IMG/VR virus record: IMGVR_UViG_3300033153_009458
Coordinates: 87,142 to 151,141 of that record
Origin: a virus
Strand: one strand, 5' to 3'
DNA: 64,000 bases
The translations under genes were made by a program, and so were the position numbers. Position 1 is the stretch's first letter, and each line of letters opens with the position of its first letter. Below the pieces are notes generated by a model. The model searched no databases and was not told the origin of the DNA. It saw only the letters and a list, made by a program, of their open reading frames with translations. Shown in pieces: positions 29,039-38,124 of the stretch.

Positions 29039-29397
29039 CTGACAATTTTTCCTGTATTTGGAATAATTTGTATAGCTCTATCATCCCAAAATTCACGCAT
29101 CCCGTTATCTTTTATATTCGTTACTTCAAGCCCGCCTATACCATGAAGCTCTAACCATTTTTCAATATATGGTATTGCTTTTGGATCTGTTGCCCTAGCA
29201 GTAAAAATTTTTATTGTTTTTCCTTCTTGTATCCATTTACGCACTCGTGCAAGCATAGCTGGTATCGGTTCACCGATATGGCCTTCACCTTTCCAACCAT
29301 CGTAATACGCCAACGTCCTGTCTAAATCAACTGCGATTGATTCGGTGTACGTCTTTAATGTGTCACTTTCCATAATATATTCTTTAAAAGTTTTCAT
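29035..29397 (-). CDS. HAD-superfamily phosphatase with CTS-like leader
   Basis: AVDLDRTL (DxDxT), IFTAR, K...WDDRA; leader MKTFKEYIME. Confidence 0.8.
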   Translation of the reverse strand: MKTFKEYIMESDTLKTYTESIAVDLDRTLAYYDGWKGEGHIGEPIPAMLARVRKWIQEGKTIKIFTARATDPKAIPYIEKWLELHGIGGLEVTNIKDNGMREFWDDRAIQIIPNTGKIVR

Positions 29398-29621
29398 AGA
29401 ACACTTTTTTCCTGTTTTTCACAATACGGACAAGGATGCCCACTCGGTAATTTTTTATTTAAATCAATAGTTGTTTCTTTAGTCCATTTAGAACAAATTA
29501 AACGCATTTTGTTATCGTCTAGTAATTCGAATGGATGATTACGTTTCCAATTCGGGCTGTATTTTTTATCGAACATGTCCGATACTTCTTGAATATTTAA
29601 ATATTCTCTAAATGTTTTCAT
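29394..29621 (-). CDS. Putative internal head protein
   Basis: Leader MKTFREYLNIQE. Confidence 0.5.
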   Translation of the reverse strand: MKTFREYLNIQEVSDMFDKKYSPNWKRNHPFELLDDNKMRLICSKWTKETTIDLNKKLPSGHPCPYCEKQEKSVL

Positions 29622-30622
29622 TTAAATTTTACTCTCCATTTATTTAAATCAAACCAACCTTCATAATCATAATCATCGTACATAATTCCTTTTGTTAAAA
29701 TATTACCACTTACGGCTCTTTGCATTTTTTTAACAAAACCATTACAATCTAGGACCGAAAATTTGTATTTTTTATCTAATACTTCTTCAATTATATCGTA
29801 AACTAAACCACCATCGTTTAAATGCCATTCTAAGAATTCGGTGTACTCACCTTCTGGATAACTATCTGATAAAGCCTTCATATTGCTGTGTCTAAGTTCT
29901 ACTTGTCCTAAGTTCAAATGTCGAACTCCAATTTTATCAATAATTGGCAACATTTCAAATAATTCTTTTCGATGGTTAGGCCAAGAAGGTGTTTCTATAC
30001 TCACCGTGTTGAGTATTCCAACTGCTTCTTCTATTGTACGGTATATCTTTTCTGAAAAATTTGATGCACCGATATGAATTCGAATTTCATCAAAACCTAT
30101 TTCTTTTAAAAAAAGAAGTTTTTCATTGGTTAAGCTCATTCCATTTGTGTATACATAATACCAAATTGGACTTTTCAATTCGGGTTCAATAAAATTTTTA
30201 AAATATTTTGTACCGTGTGCAATCATATCTAAATGTAAAATTGGATCACCACCACCAGAAAATGATAATGAATGAACTTTACTTTTTTCATTTATAACTC
30301 TACTTAAAGCCCACTCAACCTCTTGTTTAAAAATATCGGGGATAGTGTGAATCTTTGTTTTTTTTTCGTTATTGTGTGATTCACGATTATCAGTACAATA
30401 ATCACAATTTGCTTGGCATAAATTTGGCTGCCCAAATAAAGATGGACCAACATTCATTTTTAATTGGCCGTACGCAAAGCATCCAACACATCCCGGTGAT
30501 AATTTACCTGTGTGAGCGCAATGTCCATTAGCGTGTATTCGTAAACCTTTAAGTTTTAATTTATTTTGTCGATCAAATATTTTTTGGTATGCTTCTTGTA
30601 TTGGTAATAATTTCATATTCAT
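29618..30622 (-). CDS. Radical SAM protein
   Basis: LSPGCVGC, CQANCDYC, SGGGDP, YTNG, DEIRIH. Confidence 0.85.
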   Translation of the reverse strand: MNMKLLPIQEAYQKIFDRQNKLKLKGLRIHANGHCAHTGKLSPGCVGCFAYGQLKMNVGPSLFGQPNLCQANCDYCTDNRESHNNEKKTKIHTIPDIFKQEVEWALSRVINEKSKVHSLSFSGGGDPILHLDMIAHGTKYFKNFIEPELKSPIWYYVYTNGMSLTNEKLLFLKEIGFDEIRIHIGASNFSEKIYRTIEEAVGILNTVSIETPSWPNHRKELFEMLPIIDKIGVRHLNLGQVELRHSNMKALSDSYPEGEYTEFLEWHLNDGGLVYDIIEEVLDKKYKFSVLDCNGFVKKMQRAVSGNILTKGIMYDDYDYEGWFDLNKWRVKFK

Positions 30623-30639
30623 TTTATTAAGTTAGTTAG

Positions 30640-31152
30640 TTAATGTATTTTTGCTCTTTGTTTTATATATTCATTGAATTGACTTTTTCCTGTGTGGTTT
30701 TTTGTTAATTCTATTAAAAAATCTTGTGTAACTAATAAATGCCAAAAAATACCTTTTTTATTTTTTGGATTCAATAGTTTTGAATTGTTTAATACTTTTT
30801 GGTGATCTTTTTCAACTATTGCTGCTAATTTATTATGCCCGATGAATATACTATTTTCATTTTTTGGATTAAATAAATCTTCTAAAAAATCGATTCTTTC
30901 AATAGCACCTTTTCGAGTTTTCATTAATTTTGATGGAGCATTTCTTAATAAATCCCATTGTGTTGTATCTCGTGTTTCTAAAAGACTTACTCTTTGGCTT
31001 AATACATCAATTTGTTTATTGTTGTTTGATATCACCACTGTTACTGAAGTAACAGCCGTTGCAGTGACGAATACAACAAATAAAATAATTGCAATTAATT
31101 GTCGTACTGTTATTGTGGCCTTATCAGCGGCTATTGTTTTATCTGTTGTCAT
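30640..31152 (-). CDS. Single-pass membrane protein with coiled coil
   Basis: N-terminal TM segment LIAIILFVVFVTATAVTSVTVVI. Confidence 0.6.
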   Translation of the reverse strand: MTTDKTIAADKATITVRQLIAIILFVVFVTATAVTSVTVVISNNNKQIDVLSQRVSLLETRDTTQWDLLRNAPSKLMKTRKGAIERIDFLEDLFNPKNENSIFIGHNKLAAIVEKDHQKVLNNSKLLNPKNKKGIFWHLLVTQDFLIELTKNHTGKSQFNEYIKQRAKIH

Positions 31153-31949
31153 TATGCGTACTTGAATTCGTATTCTTTGATTTCAATTTTAATTCTTTTC
31201 ATTAGATGATCCCAAAAGCCGGTTAGTCTTTTAATCCATTTTTTCTTGTATTTTTCATCGTATCGATCTATATCAGCGTATTTTCTAATCAAATCAAGAA
31301 ACCATATATAATCTTTTTCTCTAAGTTTTACTAAATTCATACGTTGCTCTAAAGACATTTCATTATAAACAACTTTTTCAAAATAACTTACAGCCGCTTG
31401 ATAAAATGCGTTGAATTCTTTAGGATTACTCATATAATCACTAGTAGATTGATAAACTTTATCTATCTTATCAAAATAATTATCTGGATTTTTCCAACGT
31501 TTTTTGTCCATCAAATGTATAACTTCATGAATAAAAGTTTCACGTTGTTTTTTAAATTTACCTGCTACTTTTCCATCATTAGATCTTTTGTTAAAATCCC
31601 ATGCCGGTGGTAATGCGTATATAATTATTAAGTCTTTATTTTCAATAGTAGTGCTGAACGAACCATGTGTAAATTTTTTTTCACCTGATGGTCTAATTGT
31701 ACTACCTTCTTTCATTTCAATTGTTAAATTTAATTTGTTAAATCGCTCACTAGCTCCTTGTACTTTAATTAATTCAAGACAATAAAATAACGGTCCTTCG
31801 TCTGAACGTTTACCAAGAAAAACATATTTAAATCTTTGTGATGGGTTTTTAAGCAAATTGTAAACACGTATGTATAACTTGTCCGCTATTACACGAAAAG
31901 CCGTATCCCGTTTTGCATCTTCTTCTAAGTATTGTCTAAATCGCTTCAT
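31152..31949 (-). CDS. Zincin-like metallopeptidase with CTS-like leader
   Basis: FIHEVIHLMD (HExxH) and downstream Y...P.EFNA; leader MKRFRQYLEE. Confidence 0.7.
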   Translation of the reverse strand: MKRFRQYLEEDAKRDTAFRVIADKLYIRVYNLLKNPSQRFKYVFLGKRSDEGPLFYCLELIKVQGASERFNKLNLTIEMKEGSTIRPSGEKKFTHGSFSTTIENKDLIIIYALPPAWDFNKRSNDGKVAGKFKKQRETFIHEVIHLMDKKRWKNPDNYFDKIDKVYQSTSDYMSNPKEFNAFYQAAVSYFEKVVYNEMSLEQRMNLVKLREKDYIWFLDLIRKYADIDRYDEKYKKKWIKRLTGFWDHLMKRIKIEIKEYEFKYA

Positions 31950-32422
31950 AATTTAATTCCTAAATCACTCTCAGTAAAAATTTGAAAATATAATTTTCTA
32001 CCAGTTTCTCGCCTCACCTTTGCACAAAAAAGTTTAGCGGCATCGAATTTGTTCTCATTCTTTACCCATTCAGCTAGTCTTTTATTATATGCTTTCGTTA
32101 CTCTTTTAGGTTTTTTTGGCTTTTGTAATTTAGCTTTTGGTTTAACTTCAACAAGATATTCTTTTATATCTCCATCGTTATCATTTACCTTCACCCAAAA
32201 ATCAATAAAATATCTGTGTATTTTTTTATCAATATCGTATTTGTATTTTATGTGATCTTCAGAACTCCATTCCATAACTGAAGGATTTGAGTCTAAAAAT
32301 CCCTTAACAAATTTTATCTCGTACGAACTCCTTAACGTAATTGGTCTTCTTCCGGTGTATTTTTCCGGGTGTTTCAAATACGGGTAATACTCTGCTATTT
32401 GTTTATATTTGGACCTGTTCAC
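31946..32422 (-). CDS. 4: Head completion nuclease (gp4-like)
   Basis: HPEKY.G, RSSYE, WSSE, HRYFIDF, LVEVKP, N..KF.AA. Confidence 0.9.
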   Translation of the reverse strand: MNRSKYKQIAEYYPYLKHPEKYTGRRPITLRSSYEIKFVKGFLDSNPSVMEWSSEDHIKYKYDIDKKIHRYFIDFWVKVNDNDGDIKEYLVEVKPKAKLQKPKKPKRVTKAYNKRLAEWVKNENKFDAAKLFCAKVRRETGRKLYFQIFTESDLGIKL

Positions 32423-32901
32423 TAAGCAATCCTAGAATAAGTGTAATAATCACAATTCATAGCTACGTCAACCGTGATATTCGTATTATCTGAGTCCGAA
32501 GAATTAAAATTGATATCACTTATACTTTCAAACCACGAACTATGAAACTGAAACTCCATAATTGGATGATTCATATTATCCATTAACTGCAAGATCCCTA
32601 GAAATGTGTGTTCAGGATCTTGCATGTTAGTTTCCATATTTTTTATCTGACTCATATGATCTAAGATTTGTTCTAAAGCAAGCAATCTATCGTCGAGTAT
32701 AACAGTCAAATTAATCGGATTTACAGTGATAGAATCACCAGGATACTTCCTAGGTATACCCATATCATTGTGTTCAGTTAATCCTAGTGTAATACCTAAT
32801 CCACTGATTTGTTGACACTGAAAATCTATATTTTCGTGACCCGGTTCAGCGATAGTAAAACTGAAATTTGTTGAACTAAATTGTGCCGCTGTAAATCCCA
32901 T
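32422..32901 (-). CDS. 3: Tail completion / tube-like protein (gp3-like)
   Basis: NFSFTI, FQCQ...G, PGD.I...I.LTVILD; adjacent to gp4. Confidence 0.65.
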   Translation of the reverse strand: MGFTAAQFSSTNFSFTIAEPGHENIDFQCQQISGLGITLGLTEHNDMGIPRKYPGDSITVNPINLTVILDDRLLALEQILDHMSQIKNMETNMQDPEHTFLGILQLMDNMNHPIMEFQFHSSWFESISDINFNSSDSDNTNITVDVAMNCDYYTYSRIA

Positions 32902-32909
32902 TTATATCC

Positions 32910-33308
32910 TTATGTTATTTCTGCTTTGACTTCTTCTAGATTCAAAAACGGTCTTAAAGCATTTATTTGACGCCCGGATAATTGAAAATTTTCCTTGTAT
33001 ACTAAAGGTTCAACTTCAAATTTTATTTTGATAGCGTGTAAAGCTTTTAATTCTTTTAAGAATGTTTCAGCTTTTTCTTTTGCTACTCTCCAGCGTCTTT
33101 GCTCTTTATCTTCTGGATCAATTTCACCGTATTGTTGAAGAAGTTTAGCCTTCGCTTGAAAAAAAGCAAAACTCTTATCACCTACTTTTTGAAAAACTTC
33201 AGCGATCAAATACGTTGTTACTGCATCCAAATCGTCTTTATCGTAAATCTTTTTTAACGCTTCGCCAAAAACATCGTTATCGAAAATTTCATTCGTAACT
33301 TCTATCAT
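32910..33308 (-). CDS. Hypothetical protein
   Basis: ORF with SD in the late operon. Confidence 0.55.
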   Translation of the reverse strand: MIEVTNEIFDNDVFGEALKKIYDKDDLDAVTTYLIAEVFQKVGDKSFAFFQAKAKLLQQYGEIDPEDKEQRRWRVAKEKAETFLKELKALHAIKIKFEVEPLVYKENFQLSGRQINALRPFLNLEEVKAEIT

Positions 33309-33317
33309 TATTTTCCT

Positions 33318-33554
33318 TTATTTTTTTGGTTGGTATACTGAAAACTTTGAAACAACTGCTTTAATTATTTTGAACAGAATATTTCCTTCAATTGCGGCCC
33401 AAATTTTATTATCTCTTTCACCGGGTATAATTTTAACGATTGTAGGCATAACAATCGTTGCAATAACGACGATAGTACCTATAAGTGTTAATATCATAAC
33501 TCCGTAAGGACTTGCGGCAACTATACCAGCAAACCATAATGCTAATGCTTCCAT
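33318..33554 (-). CDS. Holin-like small membrane protein
   Basis: Hydrophobic segments, basic C-terminus, immediately downstream of the endolysin. Confidence 0.55.
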   Translation of the reverse strand: MEALALWFAGIVAASPYGVMILTLIGTIVVIATIVMPTIVKIIPGERDNKIWAAIEGNILFKIIKAVVSKFSVYQPKK

Positions 33555-34112
33555 TTATTCTCCTTTAGCTATATTAATTATTTTACTTAATTTTTCTCTG
33601 AGATCTTCATTTTCTTTTTCGAGCAACATAGCTCTTTCTTTAAAAATCACGAGAGATTTTACATCAAACGGATTAGATAAACCTGACAATCTTTCGGTCG
33701 ATACTAATTCAAAATGTGGAAAATCTACAAATTTGGTTTCTTTAAGATCCCAATCTTGATCCCAATCTGTACCGTTTTTTACTTGAATACCCATTGCTTG
33801 TGCTAAACCTAAAACAAACCCGGCAAAAATAGCAAATTCTACTTCTTCTTCCCAATCAATATGTGGTGTTCGATGCCCGTAATACGGTACCGCATCAACA
33901 GCCATTGATGGTGTTGAATTATGCTTAGAGTCCGGCCATTTAACTTTTGTTATTTGTGGTACTGCGTTAAAAAATCTATTTTGAGTTTCTTCATTTCTGT
34001 GACCACAAATAACCGAACAATCAAACCATTTAACTACTTCTTCAAACAATTCTTGTAATAGTGGATGAGCTTCACTTAAATTTCTTGCTGATGTACTTCC
34101 GAAACTTGGCAT
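33555..34112 (-). CDS. Endolysin, M15-family (L-Ala-D-Glu) peptidase; start likely MPSF
   Basis: GHR...Q, SKHN..PS.AVD, DFPHFE; SD AAAGGAG before ATG 34112; TATAAATA at 34193-34200. Confidence 0.85.
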   Translation of the reverse strand: MPSFGSTSARNLSEAHPLLQELFEEVVKWFDCSVICGHRNEETQNRFFNAVPQITKVKWPDSKHNSTPSMAVDAVPYYGHRTPHIDWEEEVEFAIFAGFVLGLAQAMGIQVKNGTDWDQDWDLKETKFVDFPHFELVSTERLSGLSNPFDVKSLVIFKERAMLLEKENEDLREKLSKIINIAKGE

Positions 34113-34195
34113 AACTTTCTCCTTTGAATTTGTTCGTTTCGAGAACACTTGGAGTATTTTAAATAATATTTCAAGTATTTTTCTCATGTTTTTAT

Positions 34196-34774
34196 TTATA
34201 GTTTATTTTTTAGCTTCTCTATATCAAGTTTAATTTTATTATGATTTTCAGTATTTTTTTCTTTATATTGCTTCAAATCTTTTTCTGATTCGTCAATATC
34301 TTCTTTTATATCTTCAACTTGAATATTTACTGATTTTCTAAATTGTGCGCAGCCTTGAATATGTGCCTTGAAATCCCCTTGTAAATCAAAATAAGAAAAT
34401 AAACCCCCGGCTGTAAAGATAACAAACATAATAATAACAATAAGCCAAGGTGCCCATTTACGCTCTGATCGTTGGTTCATTTGATTCTCGACATCGGTGG
34501 CTGTTACGTAGTGACCTTTTTCAAAAGTTTCGAGTTGTTTTCTGAGGCTTTTAAATTCTTCACCAGCTAGTAATTTTTTAGTATCTTGAAGTTCTTGATT
34601 ATGCGAGAATTCGGTTAAAACTTCTTGTTTTAAGTGTTCGAAAGCTTGTGAGATTTGTTCAAATTTTGAATCTGTGTAATCTTTTTGATTAGATTCAACT
34701 AATTTTTGAATTTTTGTGATGGTTTCGTTAATTTGTTGTAAAGAACCATTTCCGTTATTGTCATTAGGTGGCAT
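34196..34774 (-). CDS. Membrane protein with coiled coils on both sides of one TM segment
   Basis: Central TM WLIVIIMFVIFTAGGLFSYF. Confidence 0.6.
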   Translation of the reverse strand: MPPNDNNGNGSLQQINETITKIQKLVESNQKDYTDSKFEQISQAFEHLKQEVLTEFSHNQELQDTKKLLAGEEFKSLRKQLETFEKGHYVTATDVENQMNQRSERKWAPWLIVIIMFVIFTAGGLFSYFDLQGDFKAHIQGCAQFRKSVNIQVEDIKEDIDESEKDLKQYKEKNTENHNKIKLDIEKLKNKL

Positions 34775-35222
34775 AATTTTGTATTGTTATATTCTGTAGT
34801 CGTGACTCAAAATTAATCTTACTTTCTTCAAGATCTTTATAATAAGTCAACCAGCGTTTCATAGAATCGATTAATAGTTCTTCCCACGGGTCGTTTTTAT
34901 GTATAAATGACAACGCACCTTTTTCGACAGAATTAAATGCATCTCCTATTTTATCTGTTTTCGATAATACAATGAATTGTAATTTTTCACAGTGTGTTCT
35001 GACTTCTTGAATAAAATCAAGACCGGTCATCGCATTCAAATAAAATTCAGTAATAATTAAATATGGCTTATCTTGACTATTACAATAAGTAATTGCTTTT
35101 TTGCACGTACTCGCTATTTTAACGTTCTTAAATCCGTTTTTTTCTAGTAAAGAACTAACACGTTTGAGAAAATTTATATCGTTATCAATCAATAGGATTA
35201 GAGTGTCATATAATGTAAACAT
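34764..35222 (-). CDS. Atypical response-regulator receiver-domain protein
   Basis: ILLIDND, PYLIITE(FYL), MTGLDF, IVLS, GALSFIHK. Confidence 0.8.
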   Translation of the reverse strand: MFTLYDTLILLIDNDINFLKRVSSLLEKNGFKNVKIASTCKKAITYCNSQDKPYLIITEFYLNAMTGLDFIQEVRTHCEKLQFIVLSKTDKIGDAFNSVEKGALSFIHKNDPWEELLIDSMKRWLTYYKDLEESKINFESRLQNITIQNYAT

Positions 35223-35309
35223 TTTTATTTATTCAATTTCATCTGTTTATTAAGACGAAGAAATTTCGAACTTAATTTAAAGGATTGTAGAGAGAAAAGT
35301 GTTACTACT

Positions 35310-35317
35310 TATTTATA
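35310..35317 (-). promoter_or_regulatory. T4-type late promoter
   Basis: Intergenic TATAAATA upstream of the receiver/lysis genes. Confidence 0.65.
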
Positions 35318-35333
35318 AGAGTTGTTGTTAATG

Positions 35334-35361
35334 TAAGAGAGTAAGCTATTAACTTACTCTT
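35334..35361 (-). terminator. Hairpin after the phospholipase gene
   Basis: AGAGTAAGTT-AAT-AGCTTACTCT followed by CTT. Confidence 0.5.
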
Positions 35362-35370
35362 AAAGGATGG

Positions 35371-36138
35371 TTATCTTCGGTGGAACATTAAGCCTACACC
35401 AATTCGTTCAATGTCTTGATCCCATTGAAGTTGGTTATCTCCTTTCCCACGTTGGTAAGAATAAACTGTTTTTAAACTATTTGGAAAGATCCAATTCGGG
35501 TGTGAAAAACTTATATATCCACGATTAGAACCGCCATTCAGAGTCCACCAATTATCACCAAACTTGATAATTACAGTTCCATCGAAGTTACCCAAATCTC
35601 TAGCCATTTGTTCATGTTCATATAGAAGCACATTCCAAAACTTTCCACGCAAAACAAACGTTTCATTTTCCCATGTAGATTCAAAAAAAAATCGATCCCA
35701 CGATCTACTGAACAGCTCTGTTTGTCCGTTTGATTCGTGCCAATACCCGACATCGAACTGAAATCCGTTCCATTTGGGAGTCCGTATAAACACTTGTGGG
35801 TTGTAGTTTGTTTCCCTGAATGGTCTGGAGTTTTCTTTATTGTAAACATCCCACCAAGATTCCTGAGTAAATGCAACTACTAATTGCCAATCTTTATAAT
35901 TTAGTAATTCTGTTTTTACTGATATCTGAAATTTAGCTTCTGTGAATTCATCTATTACTTCACCTTGTTCATCGTAAATTATGTACTTACTGGCCGGTAC
36001 GAAATAATTATCGTAATGTGGAACTAACGAAATTGTAGGTTCTTCACCTTTGGCTTCATTAATCCACATAATACTTACCAAAATAGCTAATAACCCAAAA
36101 AATAGTATAATTAATCTAATTTTTATTTTTTCAGACAT
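35371..36138 (-). CDS. pldA: Outer-membrane phospholipase A (OMPLA)
   Basis: Signal peptide; EAKFQISVK, TQ.SWW..YN...SRPFRETNYNP, HESNG, SRSWDR; C-terminal IGVGLMF. Confidence 0.88.
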   Translation of the reverse strand: MSEKIKIRLIILFFGLLAILVSIMWINEAKGEEPTISLVPHYDNYFVPASKYIIYDEQGEVIDEFTEAKFQISVKTELLNYKDWQLVVAFTQESWWDVYNKENSRPFRETNYNPQVFIRTPKWNGFQFDVGYWHESNGQTELFSRSWDRFFFESTWENETFVLRGKFWNVLLYEHEQMARDLGNFDGTVIIKFGDNWWTLNGGSNRGYISFSHPNWIFPNSLKTVYSYQRGKGDNQLQWDQDIERIGVGLMFHRR

Positions 36139-37144
36139 TTATTTTCTCCCAATTAATTGACGTACTGTATAGATATTTTTCTGATCTTGAATCACTACCA
36201 ATATGATTTGTTGGTGTCTCATGTGTACAACAAAATTCTAAATTGCAATCCATAATCATTTCTATTTCACTAAAAAAAGTTAAAATCATTCTATCAAATG
36301 ATAAAAATTGTTTTATGTATTCTTTTGTTAAAGGATGCAGCAACATTTTAAAATTGATATCCTTAATTATGTCTTCTATTGTGTCAAAAGAATTATCAAA
36401 TGGTAATATTTCATGTAACAGCCCGCTTAAGCACGAAACATAATGATTATTATTTAAAACTATAGGTATACAACCACAAGCTAATCCTTCTCTTATAGTC
36501 ATGGATAAACATTCATCCAAAGAAAACAACCACAAAAATTTATGTTCATTATATACTTGCAAAAGATCTTTACGGCTTACCATTCCTTGATAGTCTATAA
36601 CATCTTTATGCTTTTCATAATACGATTCATCTACCATAGGCCCGTAAAATTTTATCTTTTTGTTTTGTTTTCTGATGAATGAAATGAAATTTGGTAAAAT
36701 TTTTCTTTCATTTAATCTTCCAATATATAAAATATCATCACTTCTATCTTCCCACGGTGTAATATTTTCCCAAATATTACTTGAAACAAATTCCATCCGT
36801 TTTCTTTTTTTTAATAATTGGGCGTGATGCGTGGTAAATGATAGATTGAAATCTAGCACCGAAGTTACACACTCAGGATCACCATGTGTAATTCCACCAG
36901 CTGCTAAATTGATCACAGGAAGATTAATACGATTTAAAGTTTCAAAATAATGACCATCATCGAAGTCGTTCAGTAATATCAAATCATACGGTGAAAAATC
37001 TACTGATTTAATTTCCATCCCGCATTGAGATGCATATATATCGATATTATCAATTCCTTTTGTTCGTTTTAATATTTCAATAAAAATTTGTCCGGTATAC
37101 TCAACACCATAACTAGTATCCCGGTTCCAAAAAAATACGTTCAT
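36131..37144 (-). CDS. Glycosyltransferase (GT-B, GT4-like)
   Basis: YIGRL..RK, YQG.VSR.DL..VY, ECLSMTIREGLACGCIP. Confidence 0.8.
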   Translation of the reverse strand: MNVFFWNRDTSYGVEYTGQIFIEILKRTKGIDNIDIYASQCGMEIKSVDFSPYDLILLNDFDDGHYFETLNRINLPVINLAAGGITHGDPECVTSVLDFNLSFTTHHAQLLKKRKRMEFVSSNIWENITPWEDRSDDILYIGRLNERKILPNFISFIRKQNKKIKFYGPMVDESYYEKHKDVIDYQGMVSRKDLLQVYNEHKFLWLFSLDECLSMTIREGLACGCIPIVLNNNHYVSCLSGLLHEILPFDNSFDTIEDIIKDINFKMLLHPLTKEYIKQFLSFDRMILTFFSEIEMIMDCNLEFCCTHETPTNHIGSDSRSEKYLYSTSINWEKINV

Positions 37145-37149
37145 TTATT

Positions 37150-38124
37150 TTAATTGTTAATTGTTTCTAGATACGCAAAAAGTTCTTTTTCTTTTTGTAT
37201 AAATTCATTGCTAATATTTGTTAATGTATTATATCTGGTTTGAGAATCAGGATCATTCATAACATCGGCTAATTTATTCTTCCTTGCCAAATTAACAGCA
37301 TCTTTTAATTCTTGATTAAAATTATTTTCATCAACCATGTCTCTTAAATGCCCATCTTCCATGATAAATGGTTCATCAGGGTATTGCTCTTTAATAAGTA
37401 AATCCGCCGTTAAATAATCACCAAATTCATTTATTTTAAACTTATAATCTTTAGAATCTATTGTGCTTAATTTAATTATAAAAGGCGTATATGTAATAAA
37501 CCCTTTCCAAATAGGCCAAACTTGATGAGTTTCAGAAATATCAATATTTTTACCGTAACGGTATATCGTCGTATCTATATTATAAGATTCTAATATTTCT
37601 TTTTTATCATAATTGCCATCCAGCATAAATTTATAAAAATCATCTGACATTTTCAAAAAATCAAGAATTTGTTCACGATTTAAATAAGACATGAATTTTT
37701 TCATTGAATTGTTAATATAATTAAAATTAAAATCAAAAAATCGTTTATTTGCTGGCTCACCTGGAATCCATGATGTAGGAATCAAACATCTTCCGATAAT
37801 AACATCAATACGTTCTATATTATCAAAATCGGTATTAGTACACATCCAAAAATTTCCCATTTTTTCTATAAATTCTTCATAAAGTTGATACATACCTGTA
37901 TCTAAAAATTTAACTTTTAGAAATCGAGTTTCTTCTTCAAAGCCCATATTTAAAAATTTTTCTTTTTCTTGAAGATATATTGAAGCAAAATTGAAATAAT
38001 ATACATCTTTAGAAGGTACTAAAGTATATATATCAATATTAATATCAAAAATATTTTTTACCTCATAAATAAAATGACTTAATTTTTGAACTTCTATTAT
38101 TTTTTCTATTTTTCCGGCCGCCAT
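37150..38124 (-). CDS. Hypothetical protein of the radical-SAM operon
   Basis: 324-aa ORF, co-oriented and tightly packed. Confidence 0.6.
   Translation of the reverse strand: MAAGKIEKIIEVQKLSHFIYEVKNIFDINIDIYTLVPSKDVYYFNFASIYLQEKEKFLNMGFEEETRFLKVKFLDTGMYQLYEEFIEKMGNFWMCTNTDFDNIERIDVIIGRCLIPTSWIPGEPANKRFFDFNFNYINNSMKKFMSYLNREQILDFLKMSDDFYKFMLDGNYDKKEILESYNIDTTIYRYGKNIDISETHQVWPIWKGFITYTPFIIKLSTIDSKDYKFKINEFGDYLTADLLIKEQYPDEPFIMEDGHLRDMVDENNFNQELKDAVNLARKNKLADVMNDPDSQTRYNTLTNISNEFIQKEKELFAYLETINN

Noticed and set aside
34113-34187. 25-aa N-terminal extension of the endolysin as a SAR or dual-start signal
   Set aside because: The upstream ATG has no SD and sits at the expected late-promoter start site, whereas ATG 34112 has AAAGGAG; the extension is charged, not SAR-like.
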